64,000 nucleotides of DNA from a bacterium (GCA_023266935.1 JAHFOF010000002.1:68623-132622), one strand, 5' to 3'; positions 10,359 to 20,520 are shown, counted from the first letter of the stretch. Notes: generated by a model not told the origin, from the sequence alone. Program-made: numbers and translations.

Positions 10359-10405
10359 ATTTTTAATTATTACTTACCTCGATTATACAGGAATTCGAGA
10401 GAAAA

Positions 10406-12742
10406 CTAGAACTCTTTGAAGGTTGGGTTGAAGTTTAGTTGGATGAGACCTCCTGTTCCTCCACCGTTTGGTGTACCACTACACGAACCAGAATTTGAAT
10501 GACCATCAGTCACATAAGCATCAATAACCTTTTGTCCGATGGTTGAATATTTCATAACGAGAGTACTACCCGTCGGTGCTGGGCCTGTTGGAACATTTGT
10601 CCCAGTCCAAGTGTAGTTGTATGGTCCGCCGTCTCCTCCAGAAGCACTCGCTGTCCAGGTGACATTTTGACCTACGAGAGCTGTGGTCGGAGATGCACTA
10701 CAAGAAACTATGATGCCTGTGTAATTTTGAACGTTCAAAGTAAAGCTGGTCGTTTTACCCAATGGATTTCCGGTAACAGTGATAGTGTATTGACCCGCCA
10801 CTGTAGAAGGATCAACAGTAAGGGTGACAGTCGAGGTACAAGTAGGATTCATCGGTGAACATGTAGAAGCAGAAGTGGAAACTCCCACAGGAGCACCAGA
10901 AACAGTCAGGTTAACAGGTTGAGATGCACCAGAAGTAAGAGTTTCAGTAATACGATTTGTTCCCGATGTTGAGGTTTGTCCTTTCTCTATAGTAGTCGCT
11001 CCAGAATTGGAGAGAGAATAGTTGAAAGACGGATAAACCAGAGTGAAACTTTTCGTCTCTGTTGGAGAAACCACCATGGATGTACTGCCTCCATCAGAAT
11101 TGGTAACTGAAGGATAAGAACCGTTCACTGCACCTGCAGAGATAATGTAAGTTTGTCCATTCTTGGATGGATTGACTGTATAAGATCCATCTGTACCAGA
11201 ACCAGAAATATTTTCTGGACTAATAGTCCAAGAACCTTGAGCGCTATTTGAAGACACGTTGATGATAGCGTGGGATTGAGCCGCCACCACAACCGTCGCA
11301 GCCGAAGCTTGCCCCTGACCATTCGCATTTAAACAAGTCAGAGTGTATGTGTAAGTCTTGGCTGTTGTTAGCACTCCCATTGATTGAGAACCTGAAGCGG
11401 CTTTGGTACCCGACCAATCTCCAGAAGCCGTACAAGATGTTGGATTGTTGGCTACACTCCAATTTATAGTTGGATTGATTGTATCTTTTATTCCACTCGA
11501 AGGATCTGCAGAGATTGTCACCACTGGTGTTGGACCAGAAACCGGCACATCCACAGTGGCAGAGCAATTATATGTTTGGCTATCATCACCGGTACAAGAA
11601 GCAGAATAGTTTGTGGTGCTGTATGGATTTTGAATTTGAGAACCGGATGTGCCCGTCGAACCTCCGAGCCACCAAACTGGACTACACGAAACGATACGAG
11701 AAGAAGAAAGGGCAACGGTAGTATTGCCTCCTGCAGAAACAGTTGTTGGGTTGGCTGTCACAGTACATGATGGACCAGAGGAACCAGCACAGGCAGGAAC
11801 AGGAGCATTTACTGTGACACTCTTTGTATCAGAACTACCTCCCGCCCCAGAACAAGTGATTGAATACAAGGTTGTTCCATTTGGAGTCACACTTTGACTT
11901 CCAGATACTGCTGTAGAATTAGTCCAGGGAGCCGAACATGATGTGGTGTTCTCAGAATTCCAAGTGAGGGTTGTGCCAGTGGAACAAGAATACGGATTGG
12001 CTGAAGCCGAAAGGGTAACAGCTATAGATTTTGGTGAATTAGGTGAACAGGTAATATTAAACGAAGCAGAATCTCCAGGATAAACTATCTGACTTGAAGG
12101 AGAAATAGACACGGTATAACCATTGGCAGTAAATGAAGGAGTATAAGTGGTCCCACTAGAAGATGGATATTCTGTCCATGTTTGAGTTTGTCCTGGGGCC
12201 AAAGGAACTCCATCAGGAGACATCAAACCAGAACCAATCGGGCAGGAATTGTTTACAGCCATAGAAGCCGTGGTTGGAGGAGTGATGACCGGCTGAAGAA
12301 TAGTGACTGGGATAACCCCATAGAGAAAAGCACGGTTTTGATCTGTCCCTTGGTAACTAGTAAACTCTGTTCGAGCATAAAACGTATAATTGCCCGGGGG
12401 CAAGGATATATTGTTTTTAAAGGTTAAACATGCACTGTGACAAAATGGAACTGTTCCACTCCAACCAGAAACTGTTGGCGATGACCCCTTTACCACTACC
12501 ACCCCCTCCCAATCATTGGGGACAGGATCTGTGCCTTCAACATAAAGACTGATTTTTGTCGCAGTAGTGGTCAGTGTGGGTGCTGTTGCAGATGAACCAT
12601 TCATATCTACAACGGTAAAACCTCCTTGCCCATCACTAGCACTAAAATTTGCTGACCAAGCTAAAGCTTTCGATGGAGAAAATGAAAATCCAACTCCAGA
12701 CAACACCAAGGTGACAATAAATAAAGATAAGTATTTTTTCAT
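10406..12742 (-). CDS. large secreted Ser/Thr-rich cell-surface protein (putative adhesin, Ig-like repeats)
   Basis: Signal peptide, 778 aa, extreme S/T/G/N composition, repeated ...GS.S.T.T..C motifs. Confidence 0.6.
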   Translation of the reverse strand: MKKYLSLFIVTLVLSGVGFSFSPSKALAWSANFSASDGQGGFTVVDMNGSSATAPTLTTTATKISLYVEGTDPVPNDWEGVVVVKGSSPTVSGWSGTVPFCHSACLTFKNNISLPPGNYTFYARTEFTSYQGTDQNRAFLYGVIPVTILQPVITPPTTASMAVNNSCPIGSGLMSPDGVPLAPGQTQTWTEYPSSSGTTYTPSFTANGYTVSISPSSQIVYPGDSASFNITCSPNSPKSIAVTLSASANPYSCSTGTTLTWNSENTTSCSAPWTNSTAVSGSQSVTPNGTTLYSITCSGAGGSSDTKSVTVNAPVPACAGSSGPSCTVTANPTTVSAGGNTTVALSSSRIVSCSPVWWLGGSTGTSGSQIQNPYSTTNYSASCTGDDSQTYNCSATVDVPVSGPTPVVTISADPSSGIKDTINPTINWSVANNPTSCTASGDWSGTKAASGSQSMGVLTTAKTYTYTLTCLNANGQGQASAATVVVAAQSHAIINVSSNSAQGSWTISPENISGSGTDGSYTVNPSKNGQTYIISAGAVNGSYPSVTNSDGGSTSMVVSPTETKSFTLVYPSFNYSLSNSGATTIEKGQTSTSGTNRITETLTSGASQPVNLTVSGAPVGVSTSASTCSPMNPTCTSTVTLTVDPSTVAGQYTITVTGNPLGKTTSFTLNVQNYTGIIVSCSASPTTALVGQNVTWTASASGGDGGPYNYTWTGTNVPTGPAPTGSTLVMKYSTIGQKVIDAYVTDGHSNSGSCSGTPNGGGTGGLIQLNFNPTFKEF

Positions 12743-12743
12743 T

Positions 12744-13331
12744 TTATTTGCGGGTTACATAAACTAATTGGATTTTGGTACCGCCCGATTCTGGATTGAT
12801 AATGATGTTCAGTTCTTCTCGATCCTTAATTGCTTGATATCTGATTAATGATGCAGATTTGGATTGACTCACAATCGTAAATCCGTTGGTTGATAAATAT
12901 TTACTGTATGCAGAATAAAGTTCTTCTGTTTGTTTTGAAGACATGTACTGCACAGAATACAAGGTTGCTCCTCTGTCTGGATAAGCGAGAACTTCTGATT
13001 TAGAAATATTTTTCGTTTCCACAGGAATGTCTGTTGGGAATCCAGCTGGAAGTTGTTTGACTCCATCGGTGATTTGGACCTTTTCAGTAGTGAAAGATTT
13101 GTTCGGACGATTTGTGTAGTAGAAATATCCAGCCAACAACCCCAAGATGATCGCCAAAACAATAATGGAAATTAAATACGAATGAGGAGTAGGAACATCA
13201 GATGCCTTCTGAGGAGGTGGTGTTGAAATTGGAGCTTGAGGAGGTGGAGTATAAACAGGGGTGGAAGCCACCGCATTTTGCGGGGTCCCGCCAGAGGCGG
13301 TGATTGGGTTTTGGTTTAAATTTGGAGGCAT
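12744..13331 (-). CDS. hypothetical membrane protein (Pro-rich N-terminus, one TM)
   Basis: 195 aa. The N-terminal codons overlap copy B of the 36-nt motif, so the true start is uncertain. Confidence 0.4.
   Translation of the reverse strand: MPPNLNQNPITASGGTPQNAVASTPVYTPPPQAPISTPPPQKASDVPTPHSYLISIIVLAIILGLLAGYFYYTNRPNKSFTTEKVQITDGVKQLPAGFPTDIPVETKNISKSEVLAYPDRGATLYSVQYMSSKQTEELYSAYSKYLSTNGFTIVSQSKSASLIRYQAIKDREELNIIINPESGGTKIQLVYVTRK
13268..13303 (-). repeat. 36-nt double-hairpin motif, copy B
   Basis: Reverse complement tcaccgcctctggcgggaccccgcaaaatgcggtgg is near-identical to copy A. It lies at the 5' end of gene 12744..13331. Confidence 0.7.
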
Positions 13332-13423
13332 ATAAAATGTTTATGACAAATAATCTATGCGTATAAGTGTAGCATTAAAATACCTAGGTCATATATAGAG
13401 TTATTAACACATAAAGATGGGGA

Positions 13424-13453
13424 TTGTTTAAAACTTGACTTTTTACCCATAAC
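13424..13453 (+). promoter_or_regulatory. sigma70-like promoter for the metzincin gene
   Basis: TTGACT, 18-nt spacer, TATAAT about 30 nt upstream of the start. Confidence 0.5.
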
Positions 13454-13484
13454 TATGGTATAATATTGACAGGTCGGCATAGAT

Positions 13485-14924
13485 GTGCCGAATATGTTCC
13501 TCGTCAACTTCAATTCTGGAGGTCGCATGCGTACCAATCTTTCCCGCCTTGGGCAGGTGGTCGCTCTTGTGACCTCCGTGCTCTTCACTTCGGGCTGTAA
13601 CAAAAAGCCCACCGAACCAATTGTAGTGCCACCTCCCCCGACACCCGAAACGGTGTCTGTGAGTGCGGTGGCTCCTGCGTCTGTAAACCAGACACCGAGC
13701 ACCTTCCCCTTCGCGCCTATCACCATCGTGGTGACGGCATCGAGCACCAAGAAGGATGCCACTGTGACAGTCACTTGCACGGTGGATGGACAGAATGCTC
13801 CGTGTTCGACGAATATCCCTGTTGGCACCCATTCGTGGTGTGGCATCGGGACTTCATCGACCGGCATGACCGCGAGTAATTGCGGATCGTCCGTCGTCAA
13901 CCTGATGCTCGACACGAAGAAAGTAGTCGGCTTCGATGCGAACGGGAACGAATATGTTCCTGCCGGATCGTGGGTCATCTACGGAGAAGGAAATGGCAAG
14001 GATTCGACACAAGTCGGGGTTGATGGCTCATACAGCATCAACACTCGATACGTCGGCATGGGCAATGTCCCCGTGGAATTCCGCGGAGACAATGTCATTC
14101 GACCGTCGTTCGGTCGAACGAGTGCAGAGTTCTTCGCTTCCCCAAGCATTATCATGGGTTCGAAGGTCTCGAACACTCCGGTGTGTGCCACGACTGGTCC
14201 GTCGAAAGCGATTTCGATAGATTTGGAAAAGGCATACACTCCGGCTCCAGGTTCGACTCCAGACAACATCCCCTTCTACTATCGCAAGGTAGTGAATGGA
14301 AGTTGGGCTTACGCTGTGGGTGGATACAAAAGCTGGCCAGTGAAAGAAGCTCTCGACCACACCACGAGTTCGAGCCCAATCACAGCGAGTGATTCGACGA
14401 AGAGTTTCACCAACTTGGATTCTCTGACCAAAGCTTTCTGCACGCAGGTTTTCATTCCTGCAAACGAGAGCGATGTACGAGCCAACGGTGGAGTGCTCCT
14501 CGGAGTACACGCAGATGCTGGATACAGTGGAAATACACCCCAACTTTATCAAGGAGATTATCTTTCTGGTCAAGTTGGTTTCGGGAGCAATAACGGCTTC
14601 AATTTCTTTGTTTTTGCTCCACACGAAAGCATTCACGCTCTTGGATTCGGACACACGTGTAGTTGGGTGAGCATCATGCGCTCCAGCTGTCCGTTTGCCA
14701 CCGAAGACAAGATCATGCCCGAGGACGTCGCATACATCCTCTACATGAAACGGGTACGCGAGCTTGAACGCAAGTACAACACTCGCCTCTCGCTGTCGTG
14801 GATGCATCAGGGCGAACGTCGAGCGAAGTTGCTCACCGAAGAGTCAGTCGTGTTTGTCGGCGCCGATGGTTCGTTCGAGACTGCATCAGTCCCCGGCGGA
14901 GCATACGTCGTCCTCAAACCGTAG
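13485..14924 (+). CDS. metzincin-type zinc metalloprotease lipoprotein
   Basis: Lipobox LFTSGC; HESIHALGFGH (HExxHxxGxxH) followed by a Met-turn SIM. Confidence 0.65.
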   Translation: MPNMFLVNFNSGGRMRTNLSRLGQVVALVTSVLFTSGCNKKPTEPIVVPPPPTPETVSVSAVAPASVNQTPSTFPFAPITIVVTASSTKKDATVTVTCTVDGQNAPCSTNIPVGTHSWCGIGTSSTGMTASNCGSSVVNLMLDTKKVVGFDANGNEYVPAGSWVIYGEGNGKDSTQVGVDGSYSINTRYVGMGNVPVEFRGDNVIRPSFGRTSAEFFASPSIIMGSKVSNTPVCATTGPSKAISIDLEKAYTPAPGSTPDNIPFYYRKVVNGSWAYAVGGYKSWPVKEALDHTTSSSPITASDSTKSFTNLDSLTKAFCTQVFIPANESDVRANGGVLLGVHADAGYSGNTPQLYQGDYLSGQVGFGSNNGFNFFVFAPHESIHALGFGHTCSWVSIMRSSCPFATEDKIMPEDVAYILYMKRVRELERKYNTRLSLSWMHQGERRAKLLTEESVVFVGADGSFETASVPGGAYVVLKP

Positions 14925-14969
14925 GCCAAGGGTCCTGAGAGAAGTCGAAGGAATTGAAGTTATAAGTTT

Positions 14970-15003
14970 GCCCCGTTCCGCTAGCGGAACGGGGCTTTTT
15001 CTT
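14970..15003. terminator. bidirectional rho-independent terminator between convergent genes
   Basis: GCCCCGTTCCGC-ta-GCGGAACGGGGC followed by TTTTT, with an A-rich stretch 5'. Confidence 0.7.
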
Positions 15004-15006
15004 TGT

Positions 15007-15765
15007 TTATAAATTATTATTGTTGATTAATTTCTTTAACTCCAGTTCCAAAGCAGAAAGATGTCCACTACCATAAACAATGAAAACACTTTTCTGTGAT
15101 TCCCAAGCTTTTTTTATTTCCAACAATATAAATTCGTTCCTGATTTTTGTTCGACTAGAGACTATGTTGTTTATTAGTGTGTCACCTCTTCGTGGATCTG
15201 ATATTAAATCGAGGAATTGTTTATCTTCTAGAGATTGTTCACCAAATATTTTTTTATGCTGATTCAAAAACCAAGATCCATCAACTACAAACTTATAAAT
15301 GTCCGAAAACTTTGATTCTCTTTCTGTCGATTTATTAATAGCTTCTTCGAACGTAGATTGTCTAATATGACGAAACCATCCGGCAAGGCTCTGAACAATC
15401 ATAGTATAAGCGACATCATTTGTATCGTATAAGCCACAGAGCAATTCACGTTGTTTCCTATCGTCTGGTTCTGGACGTAGCATCTCTATGTCTGACTGTC
15501 TTGCCAACCATTGTATTCCTCCTCCTTCGCCGTATTGATTAATTGATTCTTCATAAGTTGAGAGAGTTTTTTGTATTCGACCCTCAACAAAAACAATCCT
15601 CTCACCTTTAGAATCATTCAAAAACTCTGTCCAGAGTTTTTGAATTTGTTCAAACTGAGGGTGTTTTGGGTTGTTGGTGTGACTAACACCAAAAAAATAC
15701 AAAACTTGATTGTTTGATGTTGGCCCGAGTTTGAAAGTTAAAATTTCTTTGTGTTCACCTTCCAT
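15007..15765 (-). CDS. TraB/GumN-like family protein
   Basis: N-terminal LYFFGVSHTNN and C-terminal VFIVYGSGHLSALELELKKL resemble TraB/GumN conserved blocks. Confidence 0.45.
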   Translation of the reverse strand: MEGEHKEILTFKLGPTSNNQVLYFFGVSHTNNPKHPQFEQIQKLWTEFLNDSKGERIVFVEGRIQKTLSTYEESINQYGEGGGIQWLARQSDIEMLRPEPDDRKQRELLCGLYDTNDVAYTMIVQSLAGWFRHIRQSTFEEAINKSTERESKFSDIYKFVVDGSWFLNQHKKIFGEQSLEDKQFLDLISDPRRGDTLINNIVSSRTKIRNEFILLEIKKAWESQKSVFIVYGSGHLSALELELKKLINNNNL

Positions 15766-15837
15766 TGATTAGTGGTAATTATATAAAAAAACCGGAACTA
15801 AGCTAATTTTTGATTGTGAGCTTTTTGTTAATTTAAC

Positions 15838-15866
15838 TTGACAAAAAGATTTAATGGGTGTATAAT
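15838..15866 (+). promoter_or_regulatory. sigma70 consensus promoter
   Basis: TTGACA, 17 nt, TATAAT upstream of 15883. Confidence 0.6.
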
Positions 15867-15882
15867 GCGAACAGACTGAAAC

Positions 15883-16275
15883 ATGAACCTATGCCCGGGA
15901 GGGCGTATGAAAACCTTGGTGCGGATGCTGTTCGCCTGCTTCATCGTGGTATTCGCCACAGCCTGTAAGAAGAGCGAGATGGTCTCCATCTACAACGGAT
16001 GCATCGGTTCGTGGATGCGCATCACCGATGGACAAAATCGAATCGTCACGGAGAAGCTCACATTCGGCGCTCGGATTTCGGTCGAGTATCCTCGACCGCC
16101 CGAAGGTAGTTACAACCAAAGAGTGCTGAACGCCGACGGATTTCGACTCGACAACAACGAGCCCCTCGGTGCGACAAGCTACACCTTCTCCCTCTACGGT
16201 GATGCGAACATCACCGGTCCAAGGGAAAACGCTTGGAACATCACCAGCCTTCCCCGTGGGTGTCCGACGAAGTAG
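15883..16275 (+). CDS. hypothetical lipoprotein
   Basis: Signal peptide with lipobox FATAC; GC-richer than its neighbours. Confidence 0.45.
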   Translation: MNLCPGGRMKTLVRMLFACFIVVFATACKKSEMVSIYNGCIGSWMRITDGQNRIVTEKLTFGARISVEYPRPPEGSYNQRVLNADGFRLDNNEPLGATSYTFSLYGDANITGPRENAWNITSLPRGCPTK

Positions 16276-16293
16276 TCGGCGCCAAAGAAAAAC

Positions 16294-16330
16294 AAACGCG
16301 TTACCATCCAGTAGCGCGTTTTTCTTTTTT
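16294..16330 (+). terminator. rho-independent terminator
   Basis: AACGCGTTAC...GTAGCGCGTT hairpin followed by TTTTTCTTTTTTT. Confidence 0.55.
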
Positions 16331-16337
16331 TAGTATA

Positions 16338-16583
16338 ATGGAGAACTGTAAAGCAATGGTTCAAATCCTTCCGTATATCCAAATCATCCTCTCCCTCCTC
16401 CTCATCGGAGGGGTACTTCTCCAACAATCTGAAGCCGGACTCGGTTCAGCTTTTGGAAGTGGTTCAGAGAGTTCGATGCACCATACTCGCCGAGGTTTCG
16501 AGAAGTTTCTTTTTTATTTCACCATCCTCGTCTCGATTCTCTTCGCCGTGACTGCTTTCATGAATCTACTTTTCTCTCGATAG
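16338..16583 (+). CDS. secG: preprotein translocase subunit SecG
   Basis: Two TM helices with a Gly-rich loop GLGSAFGSGS. TATAAT just upstream. Start moved to the internal Met of the 116-aa frame. Confidence 0.65.
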   Translation: MENCKAMVQILPYIQIILSLLLIGGVLLQQSEAGLGSAFGSGSESSMHHTRRGFEKFLFYFTILVSILFAVTAFMNLLFSR

Positions 16584-16596
16584 AATTCACTACTAA

Positions 16597-18336
16597 ATGA
16601 AATATTCAGAACTACGCTCCCTCTTGGTGAAGCGTTTCAACATTCCCAAAGAACGACCAGTCAGGAATGCGATTCGACATTTTACTATTGCCGAGAATGC
16701 CGTCTTTTGGTTTTTTGTTTTTATTTTTGTCTTATCTGGAGTAGCTCTTTTGTGGCAAGTGAACAATGCGTTTCTCGTTTCTGTTCCTCTTCGTGGAGGT
16801 AGTCTGACCGAAGGAGTGGTCGGTACCCCTCGTTTCATCAATCCCGTACTCGCCTTCTCTGATGCGGATAAAAACCTTACTGCCCTCGTTTATTCTGGTC
16901 TCGTTCATAACACTTCAGAAAACCAAACAGAAAACGACCTCGCAGATGATGTTTCTTTGTCTCCAAACGGTTTAACTTATACCGTTCATATTAGATCGAA
17001 CGCGAAGTTTCAAGACCAAACTCTGGTTACCGCAGACGATGTCTTGTTCACCATTCAAAAGATTCAAAACACTAATCTAAAAAGTCCCCTATTCGGAAAT
17101 TGGAGCGGTGTGGCGGTGAACAAAATAGATGATCATACTGTCTCTTTCACTCTAAAGAAACCTTATACTCCATTTATGAATAACCTGACGATCGGAATAC
17201 TACCAAAGCATATTTGGAAAAATGTTTCAGATGAAGAATTTTCTTTTAGTCAGTTCAATGTTCTGCCCGTCGGTTCTGGCCACTACAAAATAAATACTGT
17301 TCAAAGAAACTCTGGTGGTATTCCCGACTATTATGACCTTGTTTCTGCAGACAGTGCATATATAGAACATTTTATCTTTAGATTTTATTCGAATAAACAA
17401 GATTTGTTAGATGCTTATTCTAATGGTGAAGTCGGAAGCATGGGAGGCATCTCTCCAGAAGAAGCCATCGCTTTAAAGAAAAATGGATCGAACATTGTCT
17501 CTGTTCCTCTCACCAGAGTGTTTGGAGTTTTCTTTAACCCCAACCATTCTAAAACACTGCTCGACAAAACGACTCGACAAGCTCTCGACCTTGCCACTCC
17601 ACGAGAACAAATAGTAAAAGATGTTCTCCATGGATACGGGACTCCGATTACTGGGCCACTTCCTCCTGGATTATTTAGTTGGACGAATCCAACGAACATT
17701 TCTTCTTATGAAGACAGGGTGAATCAGGCCAAAACTATTTTGAAAAAAGCTGGATGGACTACAAATACTCAGAGCGGGATGCTTGAAAAAAAGACAAAGG
17801 GTGCTACACTAACTTTGTCGTTTACTATCTCTACCGGTGACACCCCAGAACTCAAAGCCGTGGGCAAAGTATTAGTGGATGCCTACAAGCAAATCGGGGT
17901 TAAAGTAGATTTGCTCGTATTTGAAACGGGTGATCTAAACCAAAATGTCATCAGGCCGAGATCCTTCGACGCACTACTTTTCGGAGAAGTAATAGGTCGA
18001 GATGCAGATGTTTATCCGTTCTGGCACTCTTCAGAAAGGAATGCTCCAGGATTAAACATCGCTCTATATGCGAACAGTAAAGTAGACAAACTGCTCGACA
18101 CAGCGAGAACCACCTCGAACGATTCAACTAGAGAACAAAGCTATAAATCATTTGTTTCAGAAATTAAAAATGATGTCCCAGCAGTGTTCCTATATTCTCC
18201 GAGCTTCTTGTATGTCGTTCCCAAATATGTCAACAATATTTCTCTCGGCGAACTGTCAGCTCCTCAAGACAGATTCCTCGGAGTGAAAGATTGGTATATA
18301 GAGACAAATAAAGTTTGGAAACTATTTGTAAAATAA
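16597..18336 (+). CDS. solute-binding protein family 5 (peptide/nickel-type ABC substrate-binding protein), membrane anchored
   Basis: 579 aa, N-terminal TM, SBP_bac_5 fold (VFLYSPSFLYVVPKYV, etc.). No cognate permeases adjacent. Confidence 0.7.
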   Translation: MKYSELRSLLVKRFNIPKERPVRNAIRHFTIAENAVFWFFVFIFVLSGVALLWQVNNAFLVSVPLRGGSLTEGVVGTPRFINPVLAFSDADKNLTALVYSGLVHNTSENQTENDLADDVSLSPNGLTYTVHIRSNAKFQDQTLVTADDVLFTIQKIQNTNLKSPLFGNWSGVAVNKIDDHTVSFTLKKPYTPFMNNLTIGILPKHIWKNVSDEEFSFSQFNVLPVGSGHYKINTVQRNSGGIPDYYDLVSADSAYIEHFIFRFYSNKQDLLDAYSNGEVGSMGGISPEEAIALKKNGSNIVSVPLTRVFGVFFNPNHSKTLLDKTTRQALDLATPREQIVKDVLHGYGTPITGPLPPGLFSWTNPTNISSYEDRVNQAKTILKKAGWTTNTQSGMLEKKTKGATLTLSFTISTGDTPELKAVGKVLVDAYKQIGVKVDLLVFETGDLNQNVIRPRSFDALLFGEVIGRDADVYPFWHSSERNAPGLNIALYANSKVDKLLDTARTTSNDSTREQSYKSFVSEIKNDVPAVFLYSPSFLYVVPKYVNNISLGELSAPQDRFLGVKDWYIETNKVWKLFVK

Positions 18337-18358
18337 AAAAATAATAAAATGAATCCAA

Positions 18359-18394
18359 TCACCGCCTCTGGCGGGACCCCACAAAATGCGGTGG
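18359..18394 (+). repeat. 36-nt double-hairpin motif, copy A (5' leader of rnj)
   Basis: tcaccgcctctggcgggaccccacaaaatgcggtgg. Inverted orientation relative to copy B, about 5 kb away. Confidence 0.7.
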
Positions 18395-18492
18395 CTCCTG
18401 CTCCTACACGCACACATGCTCCGCGTTCTCCACTCATGTCTCGTTCTCTAAAACAAAGAGGGATGAGAAGGGACAATGATCGCCCGATTCCG

Positions 18493-20202
18493 ATGAAAAA
18501 ACCGCACGACATCATTCCCCCACTGGCTCCAGGTAATATTCGCATTGTGCCCTTAGGAGGAGTCGAGGAAGTTGGACGAAACATGACTGCGATTGAATAT
18601 GGAGGAGACATCATCGTTGTCGATTGTGGGATTCAATTCACCGATGCAGAAACTCCAGGAGTAGATTATATCCTCGCAAATACAAAATACCTTGAAGATC
18701 GAGTAAACATGATTCGAGCACTCGTTATCACTCACGGTCACCTCGACCACATAGGTGCGATTCCTTACCTCATCACTCGCCTCGGCAATCCTCCTATATA
18801 TACACGCGAGTTTGGAGCTTTGATGATTAAAAAAAGGCAAGAAGAATTCCCACATCTTCCTCCATTGAATTTTCGAATTGTAGAAACCGCAGACAAGGCG
18901 TCGATTCCCATTACTCCGAATCTGAAAGTGAGGTTCTTTGGTTTGACCCACTCGATCCCTGATTCAACTGGCATTATTATCGAGACTCCATTCGGAGATA
19001 TCGTGAACACCGGGGATGTGCGTGTAGAAAACGAAGATGGCGTGCCTGTAGAAAAAGAAGTTGAACAATACAAAATGTTTAAAGACAGAAATGTTTTACT
19101 CTTCACCATGGATTCGACTGGTATAGAGAAGCCGGGTTTCTCTCCGTCCGAAGCTCATATCCTTAAAAACATAGACAAAATTGTAGCCGAAGCTCCTGGA
19201 CGAGTAGTCATCGCCACCTTCGCCTCTCAAGTCGAACGCATTATCGAATTCATCAACACAGCCAGGAGATATGGCAAGAAAGTGGTGATAGAAGGTCGAA
19301 GTATGCGAAACAACGTAGACATCATCAAACATCTTAACCTCGTGGATACAAGTGGAGTGATCGGGATCGAAGACATCACCAAATTCCCCGAAAACAAAAT
19401 ATTGATGATAGCCACTGGTGCCCAAGGTGAAGAATTCGCTGCTTTGATGCGAATGTCAAACAACACTCACAAATTTATTAAACTCAACCGCACAGATACT
19501 ATCATCCTTTCCTCATCTGTCATCCCCGGCAATGAACGAGCGATAGCCAAACTAAAAGACAACCTCTTTAGACACGATTCACGTATTATCACTTATCTAG
19601 ATTCTGATGTGCATACAAGTGGACACGGCAAACGTGGAGAACTCGAATGGGTTCATAAACAAATTCCTTATAAATTTTTCATGCCTGTGCACGGACATCA
19701 CTACATGTTAAAGCAACACGCAGAACTCGCTCGCTCTCTCGGCACACCGGCAGAAAACATCATCGTGCCAGACAACGGTTCGATTATTGAAATTCGAGAT
19801 GGAGGTAAAACCTTTATTAAACTCTCAGAAAAAGCTCCAAGCGGAGATGTGGTTGTAGAAGGATTCAATGTTGGAGATGTATCCGAAGTATTGATTCGTG
19901 ATAGGAAAATGCTCGCTGAGGATGGGATGTTCGTCATCATCGCGATGGTCAACACTCAAACAGGCCGATTAAAGAAATCTCCAGACATCATTAGTCGAGG
20001 ATTTATTTATCTCCGAGAATCTCAAGAACTGTTGAACGAAGCTCGACACATCATCAAACGTTCGATTGAATCTACAACTGTAGGTATGAACCCAATCAAT
20101 TTTGATTATGCGAAGAATGCTGTAAACGAAGATATCTCTCGTTGGCTCTTCCAAAAGACTGCCAAGAAACCAATAGTTATCCCCGTCATCTTGAGTGTTT
20201 AA
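18493..20202 (+). CDS. rnj: ribonuclease J
   Basis: Metallo-beta-lactamase HGHLDHIG and beta-CASP domains. Start placed at MKKPHD by alignment to RNase J N-termini (IRIVPLGG...). The ORF track begins at 18349, inside the repeat. Confidence 0.85.
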   Translation: MKKPHDIIPPLAPGNIRIVPLGGVEEVGRNMTAIEYGGDIIVVDCGIQFTDAETPGVDYILANTKYLEDRVNMIRALVITHGHLDHIGAIPYLITRLGNPPIYTREFGALMIKKRQEEFPHLPPLNFRIVETADKASIPITPNLKVRFFGLTHSIPDSTGIIIETPFGDIVNTGDVRVENEDGVPVEKEVEQYKMFKDRNVLLFTMDSTGIEKPGFSPSEAHILKNIDKIVAEAPGRVVIATFASQVERIIEFINTARRYGKKVVIEGRSMRNNVDIIKHLNLVDTSGVIGIEDITKFPENKILMIATGAQGEEFAALMRMSNNTHKFIKLNRTDTIILSSSVIPGNERAIAKLKDNLFRHDSRIITYLDSDVHTSGHGKRGELEWVHKQIPYKFFMPVHGHHYMLKQHAELARSLGTPAENIIVPDNGSIIEIRDGGKTFIKLSEKAPSGDVVVEGFNVGDVSEVLIRDRKMLAEDGMFVIIAMVNTQTGRLKKSPDIISRGFIYLRESQELLNEARHIIKRSIESTTVGMNPINFDYAKNAVNEDISRWLFQKTAKKPIVIPVILSV

Positions 20203-20209
20203 AATGCTA

Positions 20210-20239
20210 TTGACATTTGGTCATTAAGTGTGCTATACT
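20210..20239 (+). promoter_or_regulatory. sigma70-like promoter
   Basis: TTGACA, 18 nt, TATACT. This places the downstream gene start at 20285, not 20228. Confidence 0.5.
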
Positions 20240-20284
20240 AGAAGTAGTCTAAGTTGTACAAACCTTCACCAGTTGGAGCAACAC

Positions 20285-20518
20285 ATGAGCACATCGGAGA
20301 AACCCGAGAAAATGATCCACGGAATCGCTTCACCTGGGAAGTTCCAAGTGGTCACCGAATGGCCACTGGATGACAACGAAGAGTCCATCGAGGGCGAGAA
20401 AAATTCTCTCGAAGAAGCCATCGCTTTCGCTAACGGCTTCGTGGAACAGAACCCTTGCACGAACGTAACCATCTACAACGATCGTGGTATGTGTGTCCAC
20501 ATGGCCGGCACGTTCTAG
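20285..20518 (+). CDS. hypothetical small acidic protein
   Basis: 77-aa frame after the promoter; followed by a terminator. Confidence 0.4.
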   Translation: MSTSEKPEKMIHGIASPGKFQVVTEWPLDDNEESIEGEKNSLEEAIAFANGFVEQNPCTNVTIYNDRGMCVHMAGTF

Positions 20519-20520
20519 TA

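Noticed and set aside
10406-12742. Numerous short ORFs on both strands inside the 778-aa Ser/Thr-rich gene
   Set aside because: Internal to a long continuous ORF with signal peptide; low-complexity composition creates open frames by chance.
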